From contig JAGBZV010000232.1 in NCBI GenBank assembly GCA_017628075.1, forward strand, positions 1 through 36,113: a stretch of DNA of 36,113 nt. The letters run 5' to 3'. Position numbers and translations under genes: made by a program. The DNA comes from Clostridia bacterium. Lineage in GTDB: Bacteria; Bacillota; Clostridia; Oscillospirales; CAG-272. The stretch's first letter is position 1, and every line of letters begins with the position of its first letter. Of the stretch, positions 36,066 through 36,113 are shown in pieces. The notes beneath the pieces were generated by a model. That model saw nothing but the letters and a program-made list of their open reading frames with translations, was not told the DNA's origin and made no database searches.

Positions 36066-36113
36066 TACAGTCTTGCCTCACATACTTTTCGTTCGATGAT
36101 AGAGCGAATCTCA
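36065..36113 (-). CDS. 3' end of an upstream gene (partial, product unknown)
   Basis: Frame EIRSIIERKVCEARL ends in a TAA that overlaps the protease ATG (TAATG). Confidence 0.5.
   Translation of the reverse strand, partial: EIRSIIERKVCEARL

Overview
This is a 36 kb core-chromosome window from a spore-forming clostridial Firmicute (Clostridia-like gene order), with almost all genes on the minus strand. In order: the 5' end of rplU with its leader and promoter, folD, lgt, a YmfH/YmfF M16 peptidase pair, a PrsA-like foldase, a divergent rpe plus membrane protein, a hairpin-rich intergenic region, a NahK-like kinase plus sugar-1-P nucleotidyltransferase, spo0A, the full spoIIIAA-AH operon, tgt, mutL, mutS, a YlbF/YmcA protein, miaB, a transglutaminase-like protein, gltX-glnS, a hypothetical gene, rluB, dacB, ytfJ/ytfI, scpB/scpA and a site-2 protease. 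I see no prophage, CRISPR array, RNA gene or intact transposase, and I cannot support a wholly new multi-gene system. The strongest anomalies are: (i) mutS carries one in-frame TAG at a normally Gln position, while none of the 34 complete genes ends in TAG; (ii) three sigmaE-type promoters share the -10 CATAGAAT, one lying inside spoIIIAG; (iii) SpoIIIAG is minimal and the Spo0A receiver is atypical; (iv) a ~220 nt structured leader precedes rpe; (v) a five-hairpin cluster contains an IS3-like end. Product calls come from motifs I recognise, not from database searches.
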